Shown here: in pieces, positions 1 to 8,971 of the stretch | How the letters are laid out: each line of letters starts with the position of its first letter | Numbering within the stretch: the first letter of the stretch is position 1 | Source: a virus | Direction: 5' to 3' (one strand) | DNA length: 64,000 nucleotides | IMG/VR virus record: IMGVR_UViG_3300032086_003797 | Span: 96,001 to 160,000 of that record | The notes under the pieces: generated by a model | Told to the model about the DNA's origin: nothing | Seen by the model: the letters and a program-made list of their open reading frames with translations, nothing else | Database searches by the model: none | Program-made: the position numbers and the translations under genes

Positions 1-2
1 AT

Positions 3-491
3 CTCAATGAAGCTGATATGGAGAAGTTGGATGGTATCACTAATGGTACTGTTGCGGCCTCCAAGGCTGTCGTTGTAAATGCTACTAAAGATGCTACTAG
101 CTTCAACAGCTTAACTGCTGTTGCTGTTACTGGTTCGGTCAGCGTTAGCTCACCATCAGGTTCAATCACCGATCTTTTTGTTGGTGATGATCTAGAGGTT
201 AAAGGCAATTTGATTAGTCATGCTGCTAATACCGCTCATGGTGTTGCTACTCACCATGCTAATGTTAACGTCACTGGTACGATTGGTGCAACTCACGTTG
301 TTGCAACAGGTCTATCTGCTTCGGCTGCCGTCTCTGGTCTTACTCTAGACATTGAGTCTACTGCAAATGTTGCAGGTGTTCTCACTGCTGGCGGTCTTAC
401 CGTTGGTAGTGCTGAGATGAACGAAGCTGACCTTGAGAAGCTTGACGGTATCACTAATGGTACTGTTGCAGCTAACAAGGCTGTCGTTGTA
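3..491 (+). repeat. Dispersed 25-codon repeat (L/M)NEAD(M/L)EKLDGITNGTVAA(S/N)KAVVV at 3-77 and 417-491
   Basis: The two copies share DNA such as ggtatcactaatggtactgttgc and aaggctgtcgttgta, and lie 414 nt apart. Confidence 0.9.
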
Positions 492-1913
492 GATGGTAAC
501 AAGGATGCAGGTGGTTTCCGTAACATCACTGCTGTGCAAATCGGTCATGCAGATGATGCTGATTTGTTGACATTGGCTGATGGCAAGCTCACCATTAAGG
601 GTGACGTGGATATCCAAGGTGCCTTCAACCGTATCACCACCAACGCAACAGAATTGGCTGTTGAAGATGTTCGCATCATCATTGGTAGTGGTTCAGCAGG
701 TGCTTCGCAGCTAGACGGCGGTGGTATCTTCTTCGGAAGTCCTGGCGCTGGTAAAGCAATTGCAGAAATTGCTTTCAATGATGCTGCTGAAGATGAATTG
801 ATCTTTGCTTTCTCTGGTAGTGAAGCAATGAAGATTGACTCTGGTGGTGATCTTACTGTTCAGGGTGATGGTACAGTCGAAGGTGCATTGTCTGGTGCTG
901 CTGGTACATTTGATGCACTAGCTGGTACAAGCTTGGCACTTCAAGGTGGTGGCATTAGTGCTGCTGGTAATGTTGCTGGCGTTGGAACTATTGGTGCCAG
1001 CGGTCTTGCATCGCTTGATGGCGGGATCAATGTTAACGATGATTTCACTGTTGATGCTAATGGTGCAGTTGTTGCTGTTGGTGTTAATGCTGGTGGTGCT
1101 GTTACTGGGGTCACAAACTTTTCAGGCTCTGGTGGAATGTCGATAGGTTCTGTTACTGCTGGAATATTGGGTGACGGTGTATTGGCAATAGCAAGTGGTT
1201 CGATTACCTCATTGGTTGGCATGTCTGGCTCTGGTCAGGCAGCCTTCGGTTCAGTTAATGGTGAGCTTCTTACAGATGGAAATCTCATTATTGCTAGTGG
1301 TACTATCAGCCAGGCGGTCAATATGTCTGGTTCAGGTGCGCTCAACATGGGCTCAATGATAGGTGAATTGATTAGTGATGGTACTGTTACTATAGCTAGT
1401 GGTGCCATTGGTAGTGCAGCTAGCGTTGGGACTGTTGCATTAGCAGTTAGTCAAACGGGTACTCTTGCTCGTGTCAAACCAACGTCGATGCAATATAATC
1501 TTGCCAGCTTCGGTTCGGGCTCAGGTCCACAAGAAGTAGCAGGTCTGGCATCTGGTATGCTTCACCTTCTAACAGCATCCGCTGCCACCCAAACGACGTT
1601 TGGTGGTATCCCAGAGGGCGCTGGGGCAATGTTTACAGGCACTCTCCAGGTTGGATCTCCAGCCTCATTCGCAACAGTCACCATGACTGGTTCAGAATGT
1701 GTTAAACTGTTTGTGCCTAACCTTGCGACAAGTGATGCAGGATATACTGTTTCAATTAAGAAACAGGGTCTTGGCGAAGGTCAGTTGGTCCTAACCGCAT
1801 CTGCTGCTGCTGGTAATGTTGCGTTTGATGGTGTCCTAACGGAACTAACACTATCATCCCCAATGGCTGCTGTCAACTTGGTGTGGACTGGAGTTGGCTA
1901 CAACATCTACTAA
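3..1913 (+). CDS. Tail fibre-like Gly/Ala/Ser/Thr-rich repetitive virion protein (5'-truncated by window edge)
   Basis: The frame is open from position 3 (LNEADMEKLDG...), so the ATG at 18 lies inside a repeat and is probably not the start. Beta-rich G/A/S/T/V composition, internal repeats, GGT/GCT-dominated codons, followed by a terminator. Confidence 0.7.
   Translation, partial: LNEADMEKLDGITNGTVAASKAVVVNATKDATSFNSLTAVAVTGSVSVSSPSGSITDLFVGDDLEVKGNLISHAANTAHGVATHHANVNVTGTIGATHVVATGLSASAAVSGLTLDIESTANVAGVLTAGGLTVGSAEMNEADLEKLDGITNGTVAANKAVVVDGNKDAGGFRNITAVQIGHADDADLLTLADGKLTIKGDVDIQGAFNRITTNATELAVEDVRIIIGSGSAGASQLDGGGIFFGSPGAGKAIAEIAFNDAAEDELIFAFSGSEAMKIDSGGDLTVQGDGTVEGALSGAAGTFDALAGTSLALQGGGISAAGNVAGVGTIGASGLASLDGGINVNDDFTVDANGAVVAVGVNAGGAVTGVTNFSGSGGMSIGSVTAGILGDGVLAIASGSITSLVGMSGSGQAAFGSVNGELLTDGNLIIASGTISQAVNMSGSGALNMGSMIGELISDGTVTIASGAIGSAASVGTVALAVSQTGTLARVKPTSMQYNLASFGSGSGPQEVAGLASGMLHLLTASAATQTTFGGIPEGAGAMFTGTLQVGSPASFATVTMTGSECVKLFVPNLATSDAGYTVSIKKQGLGEGQLVLTASAAAGNVAFDGVLTELTLSSPMAAVNLVWTGVGYNIY
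1119..1424 (+). repeat. Three tandem 34-aa (102-nt) degenerate repeats, (F/M)SGSG...GS...L.DG...IASG.I
   Basis: Units start at 1119, 1221 and 1323, an exact 102-nt period. Confidence 0.85.
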
Positions 1914-1947
1914 TATTTTGTAGAAGGTTATATAAAGTTTGCTACCT

Positions 1948-1979
1948 CAAAGGGGACACTTCGGTGTCCCCTTTGTTTT
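1948..1979 (+). terminator. Rho-independent terminator
   Basis: caaaggggacac-TTCG-gtgtcccctttg is a perfect 12-bp stem with a C(UUCG)G tetraloop, followed by tttt, just after the fibre gene stop. Confidence 0.9.
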
Positions 1980-1986
1980 ATGTGAA

Positions 1987-1996
1987 ACTACTTATA
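1987..1996 (+). promoter_or_regulatory. Candidate phage (late) promoter motif ACTACTTATA
   Basis: Sits just after the terminator and 17 nt before ATG 2014. The motif recurs upstream of several genes. Confidence 0.6.
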
Positions 1997-2013
1997 AAGC
2001 AGAGGGTTTTATA

Positions 2014-3072
2014 ATGGCATATAAATGGAGTGTAGGTCAAGGCGAGCAAGGAGATATTGTTTACTCCTCTGATCTTGATCAAGACACAAAAATAGACTTT
2101 GAAGAAGATGTAATAAAATTAGTAGCCAATGGTACAGAATATGTGACTGTCACCACTGGTAGCACTAATATTGAATTAGCTGGTGATGTTAGTATTGATG
2201 GTGCTGTTGTTTTCAACGAATCAAGCGCAGATAAAGATTTCCGAGTAGAAAGCAATAATGCCGAAAATATGTTTTTTATTGACGGCGCTAACAATCGTAT
2301 TGGTGTTGGTACTAACCAGCCGCTTTTTTCATTTGATATCCAAGAGCGAACAGGTGTTGAAGCATGTATTCGCCTAAAAGGTTCTGCTGATGTTGGAATC
2401 AGATTAGCCGCTGACAGTGATAACTCAGGAGAGAATGACAACCCATATATTGATTGGTATCAAGACGGGCAGAACTCCAATTCTAGAGCAAATCGCCTGG
2501 CTAGTATTGCTATGGAGGGTGACGCAAATGCTTCATTTACCGATTCTCTTGCAAACGCTTTCTTCCTTAATGCTCACTGTCCTAACGCTGCTGGTGCCCG
2601 TCCGTTTCAAATAGCAACTGATCAAACCAATGGCACTAATAAAGCCCGCATCACTATCGAGGGTAGCAATGGTTATGTTGGTGTTCATACAAATAGTCCA
2701 TCAACCGAGATGGAAGTTATAGGAACAACCAAGTCAGACTTTTTTGCAACCGATGTAACAGAACAAGATCTTGGTAGTGGAACCAGTAGCACCCTTTCTA
2801 CAACTTCAGGTCTTGTGCTATTAGATGCAGATTCTATCAATGGCACTGAAATAGGTGGACAAGAAATGCATATATTGACATTTCCAACACCCAGTGTTTC
2901 TGGTCAGAGACTTACAATCATTGCAAAAAATGCCAGTACTAATAATACTATGATTATGCCATCAGGATTAATAAGTGGATCATTTAGTGGATTAGCAGAT
3001 TCAATGGGTGTATCTGTTCTGTCGTTTGTTTGGGTTAGCGTGAGCGGACATGCCGCCTGGTATCAAGTATAA
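2014..3072 (+). CDS. Tail fibre/virion structural protein
   Basis: DFRVESNN..MFFIDGANNRIGVGT..P and G.VGVHT.SP motifs are typical of phage fibre repeats. Start moved to ATG 2014 because the TTG at 1939 precedes the terminator. Confidence 0.6.
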   Translation: MAYKWSVGQGEQGDIVYSSDLDQDTKIDFEEDVIKLVANGTEYVTVTTGSTNIELAGDVSIDGAVVFNESSADKDFRVESNNAENMFFIDGANNRIGVGTNQPLFSFDIQERTGVEACIRLKGSADVGIRLAADSDNSGENDNPYIDWYQDGQNSNSRANRLASIAMEGDANASFTDSLANAFFLNAHCPNAAGARPFQIATDQTNGTNKARITIEGSNGYVGVHTNSPSTEMEVIGTTKSDFFATDVTEQDLGSGTSSTLSTTSGLVLLDADSINGTEIGGQEMHILTFPTPSVSGQRLTIIAKNASTNNTMIMPSGLISGSFSGLADSMGVSVLSFVWVSVSGHAAWYQV

Positions 3073-4019
3073 TGTCAGTCGATCTAATCGATAGTTTGAT
3101 AGCTAGCGGCAGCCTACCAAGAGCCATAGGTATGGTCGACGGCGGCGGTGTAATCACCAGAATACAAGATATAAAAGAAGAATTTGATGAAGGTGTATGT
3201 GGACCTATCCCAACCCGTGTTACCGCTTTCGGCGCTGGCGGTCTCAAGCAACCTCCTAGAAATGCAGCTTATGTAGTACAGGAGGGCGGCGTTGTTCCCT
3301 CTGGAGTCGATGAGGTAAGAGAGAATAAGGTAAGAAGATTTACTGGTGGTCCTGCACCAATGCCAAACGAGAAACTATTACACTTGATTGCTGAGGATCT
3401 TAGTTTTGACGTAACAGACGAATCTCCGATTACGGTTTCGTGGGCTGATAGCAGCGGTCAATGCGAAAATATCATAGCGCCAGATGTAGATGCAAGTCCA
3501 AATTATAATAAGCATTTACTTAACGGATTTTCAACAATAGAATTTGATGATGAGCGAGCATATTTTGAATGCAACTCGCCGCCTGATGCTTTGAAATCCC
3601 TAAAGCATAAATCACTTTATATTGTTATGAAATATTCTGTTGATGATATGGAAGATTCACCTGATGTTAATGACTTTGGTGATGTAGATTCTCATAGTAT
3701 GGCTGTATCAGCTAGCTCAACACATAACAATATCATAAAGGATAAGTTTTGTGCTTATGCTATTAAAATTGACGACAATGTATCTTTCTATAGGGCAACA
3801 TCAAATGATATCGGATCTTTTACTTCTAACTTAGTTTCTAGTGAAACTGATCAAGGTGACGATTTCGCTATAATACCAGTTACAGATGGACAATTTATAA
3901 CAAGCCCGCAAGTTGCTGAAATTATTATTTACAACAACTGTCATGATGGAACGCAGATTGGGAGCGTACTGAAATATCTATTTTGTAAATACGCTTTATT
4001 ATCCACCGCTGAAGTATAA
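3072..4019 (+). CDS. Hypothetical virion protein with degenerate LamG/concanavalin-like C-terminal domain
   Basis: SWADSSG...NG.STIEFD...VAEIIIYN...YL..KY pattern resembles LamG-like lectin domains. Confidence 0.45.
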   Translation: MSVDLIDSLIASGSLPRAIGMVDGGGVITRIQDIKEEFDEGVCGPIPTRVTAFGAGGLKQPPRNAAYVVQEGGVVPSGVDEVRENKVRRFTGGPAPMPNEKLLHLIAEDLSFDVTDESPITVSWADSSGQCENIIAPDVDASPNYNKHLLNGFSTIEFDDERAYFECNSPPDALKSLKHKSLYIVMKYSVDDMEDSPDVNDFGDVDSHSMAVSASSTHNNIIKDKFCAYAIKIDDNVSFYRATSNDIGSFTSNLVSSETDQGDDFAIIPVTDGQFITSPQVAEIIIYNNCHDGTQIGSVLKYLFCKYALLSTAEV

Positions 4020-4043
4020 AAACATACAACATATTTTATGGAG

Positions 4044-4053
4044 ACTATTTAAT
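4044..4053 (+). promoter_or_regulatory. Candidate phage promoter motif ACTATTTAAT
   Basis: Intergenic, just upstream of ATG 4061. Confidence 0.5.
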
Positions 4054-4060
4054 AACGACT

Positions 4061-5131
4061 ATGGCTAAAAAGAAACATCAAATTGTATTTAACTATCCAC
4101 CACCTTTTCCGCACGACGGCGATGCGGAGATCAATGGTAATTTAGAAGCTAATAATGCTAGCTTGAAAAATATTAAGGCGTCTACTTTGGGCGCAATTTC
4201 AGTCTGTGGTGAAACAGTGATTGCAACCGATAGGATGACAACTAAATCTATTTCGATATGTGATGATACAGGCTTTGCAGATGGTCATTCCAAATTGCAT
4301 GTTGATGGCTGTATCTCACTATCTCCTATTAGTGAGGTGCCAGAAGGTAGAACTTTCAAGAATGGCTACTTGTTTGACAAAGATGGTAATCTGCACTATA
4401 AAAGGCTAGATGATACCGTTGTGATTTTATCTGAATGTATTACAATGTTAGAATCAGACGGTAAGGGAACTAAGTTATTCACAGATGATGGAAAAAAACT
4501 AAAAACTATTACAGCTAAAGATGGCATCGATGTATCTGAAGGTCCCGATAATATACAGATCTCTTTAGCAAATCAAGTCGATTCCGCTGCTAACTTAGGA
4601 TCTGTAGGTGAAGGTGTTTTTTCGGCTGTCAATGGTAGAACCGCTTTATTCAAAAAAATAGCAGGTGGCGAAAATATAGAGCTTGGCTCGTCTGGTAAAA
4701 CAATTACTGTCTCGTATTCAGGCAGAGGGTTTATCAGACTCATGTCATCTGAACTTGTGAGGGATAAAAAACAGTACTCCAATGTTATATGGAGCACTCA
4801 AGGTGGGTACAGTAATGCACACGTTGATATTAAACCAAATAGCAAAAACCCCTATGCTGGTATAAACTTACAAATAACTAATTTAAGAGAAGGTCAAGAA
4901 TATACTCTTTATGTTACTAATAAAAGTAGAAAAGTTTGTAGACCTTTCTCTGATATGGTGGTATACTATGGATATGGTAATGTTGTAACAGATAAAAAAG
5001 CCTCTAAAATAATAGGGGTAGAAGATATAAAAATTGGACCAAATGAAGTAGGTATTGTCAAGATGGTTTCTACTATTGAGGATAGCGCACCATGGTCATT
5101 TTATATCGATAAAGTTAGCAAGCTAATATAA
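4061..5131 (+). CDS. Hypothetical protein, probably structural (fibre-like G.GI.. segments)
   Basis: 356-aa ORF with N.G..GEGVF......LFKKI.GG.NI segments seen in phage fibre proteins. Confidence 0.45.
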   Translation: MAKKKHQIVFNYPPPFPHDGDAEINGNLEANNASLKNIKASTLGAISVCGETVIATDRMTTKSISICDDTGFADGHSKLHVDGCISLSPISEVPEGRTFKNGYLFDKDGNLHYKRLDDTVVILSECITMLESDGKGTKLFTDDGKKLKTITAKDGIDVSEGPDNIQISLANQVDSAANLGSVGEGVFSAVNGRTALFKKIAGGENIELGSSGKTITVSYSGRGFIRLMSSELVRDKKQYSNVIWSTQGGYSNAHVDIKPNSKNPYAGINLQITNLREGQEYTLYVTNKSRKVCRPFSDMVVYYGYGNVVTDKKASKIIGVEDIKIGPNEVGIVKMVSTIEDSAPWSFYIDKVSKLI

Positions 5132-5141
5132 GGAGAACAAA

Positions 5142-5402
5142 ATGGGTAGCTTTGTAAAATGGCAGGGTAGATTAATAGAGGCGATTATTGATAATAATCA
5201 AGATGTAATCGATTATTGCAAGAAGATATTTCCTAAGAATGAAGAAGGTAACCCTGGTGTCTTATACGAGGAAACCGTTGCAAATGCTAAGGTTGAACTT
5301 GAAAAAAGAAAACTAAAAAGAAAGAGCAAAACTCCCAAAAAAACGTCTAATACCAAACCTAGGAGCAGGAAAAAAAATGAGCCTACTAAACAAGATAACT
5401 AA
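5142..5402 (+). CDS. Hypothetical protein with Lys-rich C-terminus
   Basis: AAGGAG Shine-Dalgarno before the ATG; 86 aa. Confidence 0.65.
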   Translation: MGSFVKWQGRLIEAIIDNNQDVIDYCKKIFPKNEEGNPGVLYEETVANAKVELEKRKLKRKSKTPKKTSNTKPRSRKKNEPTKQDN

Positions 5403-5634
5403 AAGTTTCTTGCTAAATGAGGACTTTAGTGCTAGCAACTATTCGTATTCATTACAAGCTATAGAAGATAATCTAAAATCTATTAGAGTTTCCTCTAAGA
5501 AAGACAAAAATCGTATATCTCTAGCTTTGGAGCAGACAAGAAAAATGAAGTCTCACCTCCGTAGGCTTGAGGAGAAAATTAACCACTTAGAAGAGCAGCT
5601 TCAGGTTTTAAACGAGGATTCAGGAGATAAGTAA
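5377..5634 (+). CDS. Hypothetical coiled-coil protein
   Basis: 85 aa, heptad-like C-terminus, overlaps both neighbours. Confidence 0.65.
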   Translation: MSLLNKITKSFLLNEDFSASNYSYSLQAIEDNLKSIRVSSKKDKNRISLALEQTRKMKSHLRRLEEKINHLEEQLQVLNEDSGDK

Positions 5635-7649
5635 TGGGTGGTGTAGGCGGACACTTGAATCATCTTTATGATGATAGAAGTATGACTTTTGATAAGATGA
5701 TGGATATCATCGATGCCGCAAGTCAAGGAAAACTCCAAGCTGAGGAAAAAGTTGATGGACAAAATTTGTTCATCTCCTGGTCTGAGGAAAGACAGATATC
5801 TCTAGCCGCTAGAAATAAAGGAAATCTCAAACAAGGGGGCATGGACGCTGCTGGGTTAGCTACTAAATTTGCAGGTCGAGGACCTATCGAGAAAGCTTAT
5901 AATGAAGCATTTGACACATTCGATGCCGCTGTCAAAAGTATCAGCCCTGAAGATAGGGTAAAGATATTTGGTCAAGATGCTACAAAGTGGTATAACATTG
6001 AAGTTATGTCCCCAGAGAATCCCAATGTTATTCTTTATGATAAGAAGATACTAAAGATCCATTCGGACGGTCACAAGATCCTTGATGATAATAAAGCACC
6101 ACAAAATTATGATGCTGCTAGTGATGGATCTCTTCAGACATTAGATGCCAACCTAAAGAAGATGCAAGACGCTGCGAAGGGTAAAGAATTTGAAATAGCT
6201 AGAAAGGCAACACTAAAGCTAAAAGCATTGTCATCTGATAAAGCAGCAACTAGAGCTAAAACCGAGATCAATAATGCTCTTTCGTCAATCGGATTGAATA
6301 GTGATGTCTCGGTTGAGGGTTACCTCAGAAAGAGGTTATCCAATATCCTAGATGAGCAGGCTAAAGAATTACCAGAGGAAAAAAGGTCTGGTATGGTTGC
6401 TCGTATTCTGCGTTTAGAAGGTTTCCCTAATCTAACTAAGATCAAGAAGGGGTTGACACCAGAACAGAAAGAGACTGTTAGTCAGATGTCTGAGCCTGTT
6501 ATTGTCAAGCAAATGATGGCTAATGCTATTCAACCTATCGAATTAGCTATCCATGAGTTTGCTGTGGAAGTACTAAAGACAGTTCAAAGTGTTTTTATCT
6601 TAGATCCCCGAGAAGAAGTTAACAGATTACGATCAGTTCTATCCAAAACTGTGACTGACCTTGAAGCTATGGCTACCGATGGTTCTATTTCGGCAGAAGA
6701 AATGGACGCTGTTAGAATCCAACTTCGGAAGATTGGCGGCTTAGATCGTGTAACCACTAGTGCTGAGGGTTTAGTATTTGTAGTGGATGGTATGCTTTAT
6801 AAGTTCACTGGTAACTTCGCTCCTATCAATCAAGTGTTAGGTATATTGAAATATGGTAGGATCAAAACAAATGTTGCAAAAGAAAACATTCTTAGAAATT
6901 TCGATAACATTATAACTGAAGTCATCGAAACTGTTAATGAAGCAGACCCTAACGGTAAAAGAGTTGCATTTGTCCCAGGGGCATTTAAGCCTCCCCATGC
7001 TGGTCATTACCTTGGTGCTAAATCATTTGCTGAGATGGAAGACATCGATGAGGTTAGAGTACTTATCTCACCTAGCACTCGTGATGGTATCACAGTAAAT
7101 CAGTCTAAGAAAATCTGGGAATTATATATAAAGAATGACCCTGATAAGAATGTAAAGAAAATAAATCTAATTGTTCCACCCGCATCCCCAGTCAGGTATG
7201 TATACGATATGATTGAAGATAAAAAACAATTCAAGCCTGGTGATTCACTGGTGCTTGGTCAGGGTGAAAAAGAAAGCGGGAAGGCTGCTGAAAAGTTAGC
7301 TTCATTTGCAGAGCGAAAAAATCCTGGTGTTAATGTTGAATACGTTAAAACAAAGATGTATGCAAGTGGTGTCACAGGTACCCAGATGCGGGAGCTAGTA
7401 TTAGCTAACAATGAAAAGGAATTCAAAAAACATTTACCAGACTTTATCCGCAAAAATGATGATCTAGCAGACCAAGCTTGGAGTATAGCTACTGGAGTAA
7501 ATGAGTTACAAATGATCGATGATGCTATCGATGAAATGGTGACCACACATTCTGTTGGTGGATATGGGGCTCCTTTGGGCATATATACTAGCAGTAAAAA
7601 CTCAAAAAGAAAAAAGAAGAAAAAGACAACTAAATCAAAACGGAGATAG
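5634..7649 (+). CDS. Fusion: N-terminal ligase-like nucleotidyltransferase (DUF6267-like) + C-terminal HIGH-family cytidylyltransferase-like domain
   Basis: GGHLNH...EKVDG (5745-5759, KxDG motif I), EGLV and YKF (ligase motifs IV/V-like). Then FVPGAFKPPHAGH (about 6975-7007) and SGVTGTQMR (HIGH/KMSKS-like). AGGAG SD. Confidence 0.65.
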   Translation: MGGVGGHLNHLYDDRSMTFDKMMDIIDAASQGKLQAEEKVDGQNLFISWSEERQISLAARNKGNLKQGGMDAAGLATKFAGRGPIEKAYNEAFDTFDAAVKSISPEDRVKIFGQDATKWYNIEVMSPENPNVILYDKKILKIHSDGHKILDDNKAPQNYDAASDGSLQTLDANLKKMQDAAKGKEFEIARKATLKLKALSSDKAATRAKTEINNALSSIGLNSDVSVEGYLRKRLSNILDEQAKELPEEKRSGMVARILRLEGFPNLTKIKKGLTPEQKETVSQMSEPVIVKQMMANAIQPIELAIHEFAVEVLKTVQSVFILDPREEVNRLRSVLSKTVTDLEAMATDGSISAEEMDAVRIQLRKIGGLDRVTTSAEGLVFVVDGMLYKFTGNFAPINQVLGILKYGRIKTNVAKENILRNFDNIITEVIETVNEADPNGKRVAFVPGAFKPPHAGHYLGAKSFAEMEDIDEVRVLISPSTRDGITVNQSKKIWELYIKNDPDKNVKKINLIVPPASPVRYVYDMIEDKKQFKPGDSLVLGQGEKESGKAAEKLASFAERKNPGVNVEYVKTKMYASGVTGTQMRELVLANNEKEFKKHLPDFIRKNDDLADQAWSIATGVNELQMIDDAIDEMVTTHSVGGYGAPLGIYTSSKNSKRKKKKKTTKSKRR

Positions 7650-7656
7650 TTATAGT

Positions 7657-8472
7657 ATGACTCATATTGATAGAAACAAATTAATTGGTGAGCAAATATT
7701 GCGCAAACATATTCGCAAAAAGCTTATCGAAAGAAAAAATAGACTAACTGAGCAAGAGGACAAATTCCGTTCTTTGGTTAAAAAATTGTTATCCGAGGTA
7801 GAGACAGATGAAACCTCAACTAGATCTACTGGGATTAACGTGCTGGCAGATCTGCTGAAACGAATTGTTCCTATCTTAGAAGATTCTTATATGATGCTAA
7901 CAACCAGCGCCGAGCAGAGGAATTCTTTTCGCAATCATATTATTGCAGCAGCTAAAAATAGTTTAGTTCCTGTAGATGCTGGTAAAAACGCTGCTAATGA
8001 AAACGTAGTATATGATCTTACTCAGCTTCTTGAAAAAGTTCAAGTAACTCTGGACGATGATGCTGAAGGTGATGGAACAGAACAAATTGCTGGTGATTTT
8101 ATCGATATTGAACCTGCTGAAGAAGATGTGCTGGATGATTTTGGTATTTCTGGTGAGGATGCTACAGGAAGAAACTTTGCACAAAAGACATTTGAAAGAA
8201 TTGAAACTCAAATTGTAGATCACTATGAAATGTTAGCTGACCCTGAGGATAAAGATGTTTTCAGAGAATACTTGCTAACCAACCTCATGTTGTATTTTGA
8301 TAAGTTCGAGGATTCTCTAGCAGTTGATCCAGGTGAAGAGACTACTCCTGAATATGAAGAGGAGAAAGCTGAGTCTGATGCCGAAACTGATCCAGTCGAT
8401 GATGCAGCAGATGATGCAGCCGAAGACTTAGGTGATGATGAAGAAGAAGGCGAAGAGCCACCACCAGCGTAA
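7657..8472 (+). CDS. Hypothetical protein with acidic C-terminus (possible head-associated protein)
   Basis: ATG 7657 after GGAG, 7 nt past the previous stop. LRKHIRKKLIE and FRSLVKKLLSE helices; Asp/Glu-rich tail. Confidence 0.7.
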   Translation: MTHIDRNKLIGEQILRKHIRKKLIERKNRLTEQEDKFRSLVKKLLSEVETDETSTRSTGINVLADLLKRIVPILEDSYMMLTTSAEQRNSFRNHIIAAAKNSLVPVDAGKNAANENVVYDLTQLLEKVQVTLDDDAEGDGTEQIAGDFIDIEPAEEDVLDDFGISGEDATGRNFAQKTFERIETQIVDHYEMLADPEDKDVFREYLLTNLMLYFDKFEDSLAVDPGEETTPEYEEEKAESDAETDPVDDAADDAAEDLGDDEEEGEEPPPA

Positions 8473-8549
8473 AATAAATTTAACGCTTTCCTAGCCTCAG
8501 GTATAATGAGCCTACTTAGCCTTTAAACTTATAAAAAAAGCTTATTGCC

Positions 8550-8578
8550 TTTACAATAATTAATTTTAAGTATATACT
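8550..8578 (+). promoter_or_regulatory. Sigma70-type promoter for tmRNA
   Basis: TTTACA (8550-8555), 17-nt spacer, TATACT (8573-8578), 11 nt upstream of the mature 5' end. A second TTTAAC-N17-TATAAT lies at 8479-8507. Confidence 0.7.
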
Positions 8579-8589
8579 GTTAACATGAT

Positions 8590-8912
8590 GGGGGTAAACG
8601 GTATCGATTGATAGGGAAATAGAAAAGGTGCAAGGGTGAGGGAAGCGTGGCTCACTAAAAACGCTTAACTTCTAATCGCAAACGACGATTTTCAACTAGC
8701 ACAAGCAGCTTAATAACCTGACTTGACTTGAGGCGACGGCAGCCAAAAAACAGAAAGCCGTATTGTGTCTTGTAAGTGCTTTTGATTATCTCAGCCATAA
8801 TAAGATGATCTAGTCAAGTGGTCTGTCCGACGATAAAAACAGTTCTAACCTTGTGAATGACCTCTCTGTGGAACTAGGCAAGACGGGAGTTCGATTCTCC
8901 CTACCTCCACCA
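8590..8912 (+). ncRNA. ssrA: tmRNA (transfer-messenger RNA)
   Basis: Acceptor stem GGGGGTA/TACCTCC with G3.U wobble, discriminator A and encoded CCA. T-arm gggag-TTCGATT-ctccc. Pseudoknot 1 (gtgag/ctcac, aagcgt/acgctt). Tag ORF 8678-8713 ANDDFQLAQAA followed by TAA TAA. Confidence 0.97.
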
Positions 8913-8940
8913 GCCGCCCTTCGGGGCGGCTTTTGTTTTT
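8912..8940 (+). terminator. Rho-independent terminator after tmRNA
   Basis: agccgccc-TTCG-gggcggct followed by tttgttttt. Confidence 0.92.
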
Positions 8941-8945
8941 GTACA

Positions 8946-8955
8946 ACTACTTATA
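8946..8955 (+). promoter_or_regulatory. Candidate phage (late) promoter motif ACTACTTATA
   Basis: Identical to 1987-1996, again directly after a terminator and 16 nt before an ATG (8972). Confidence 0.6.
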
Positions 8956-8971
8956 ACGAGAAGAGGTTTAT

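Noticed and set aside
1939-2013. TTG start at 1939 for the second gene
   Set aside because: This extension spans a terminator hairpin and the promoter-like motif; ATG 2014 is more plausible. Similar upstream extensions were trimmed at 7555, 13044, 16706, 17037, 26565, 27403 and 31380.
8590-8912. tRNA-Ala gene or prophage attachment site
   Set aside because: The acceptor and T arms enclose about 280 nt containing a tag ORF (so tmRNA). Phage genes lie on both sides, with no integrase or duplicated 3' end.
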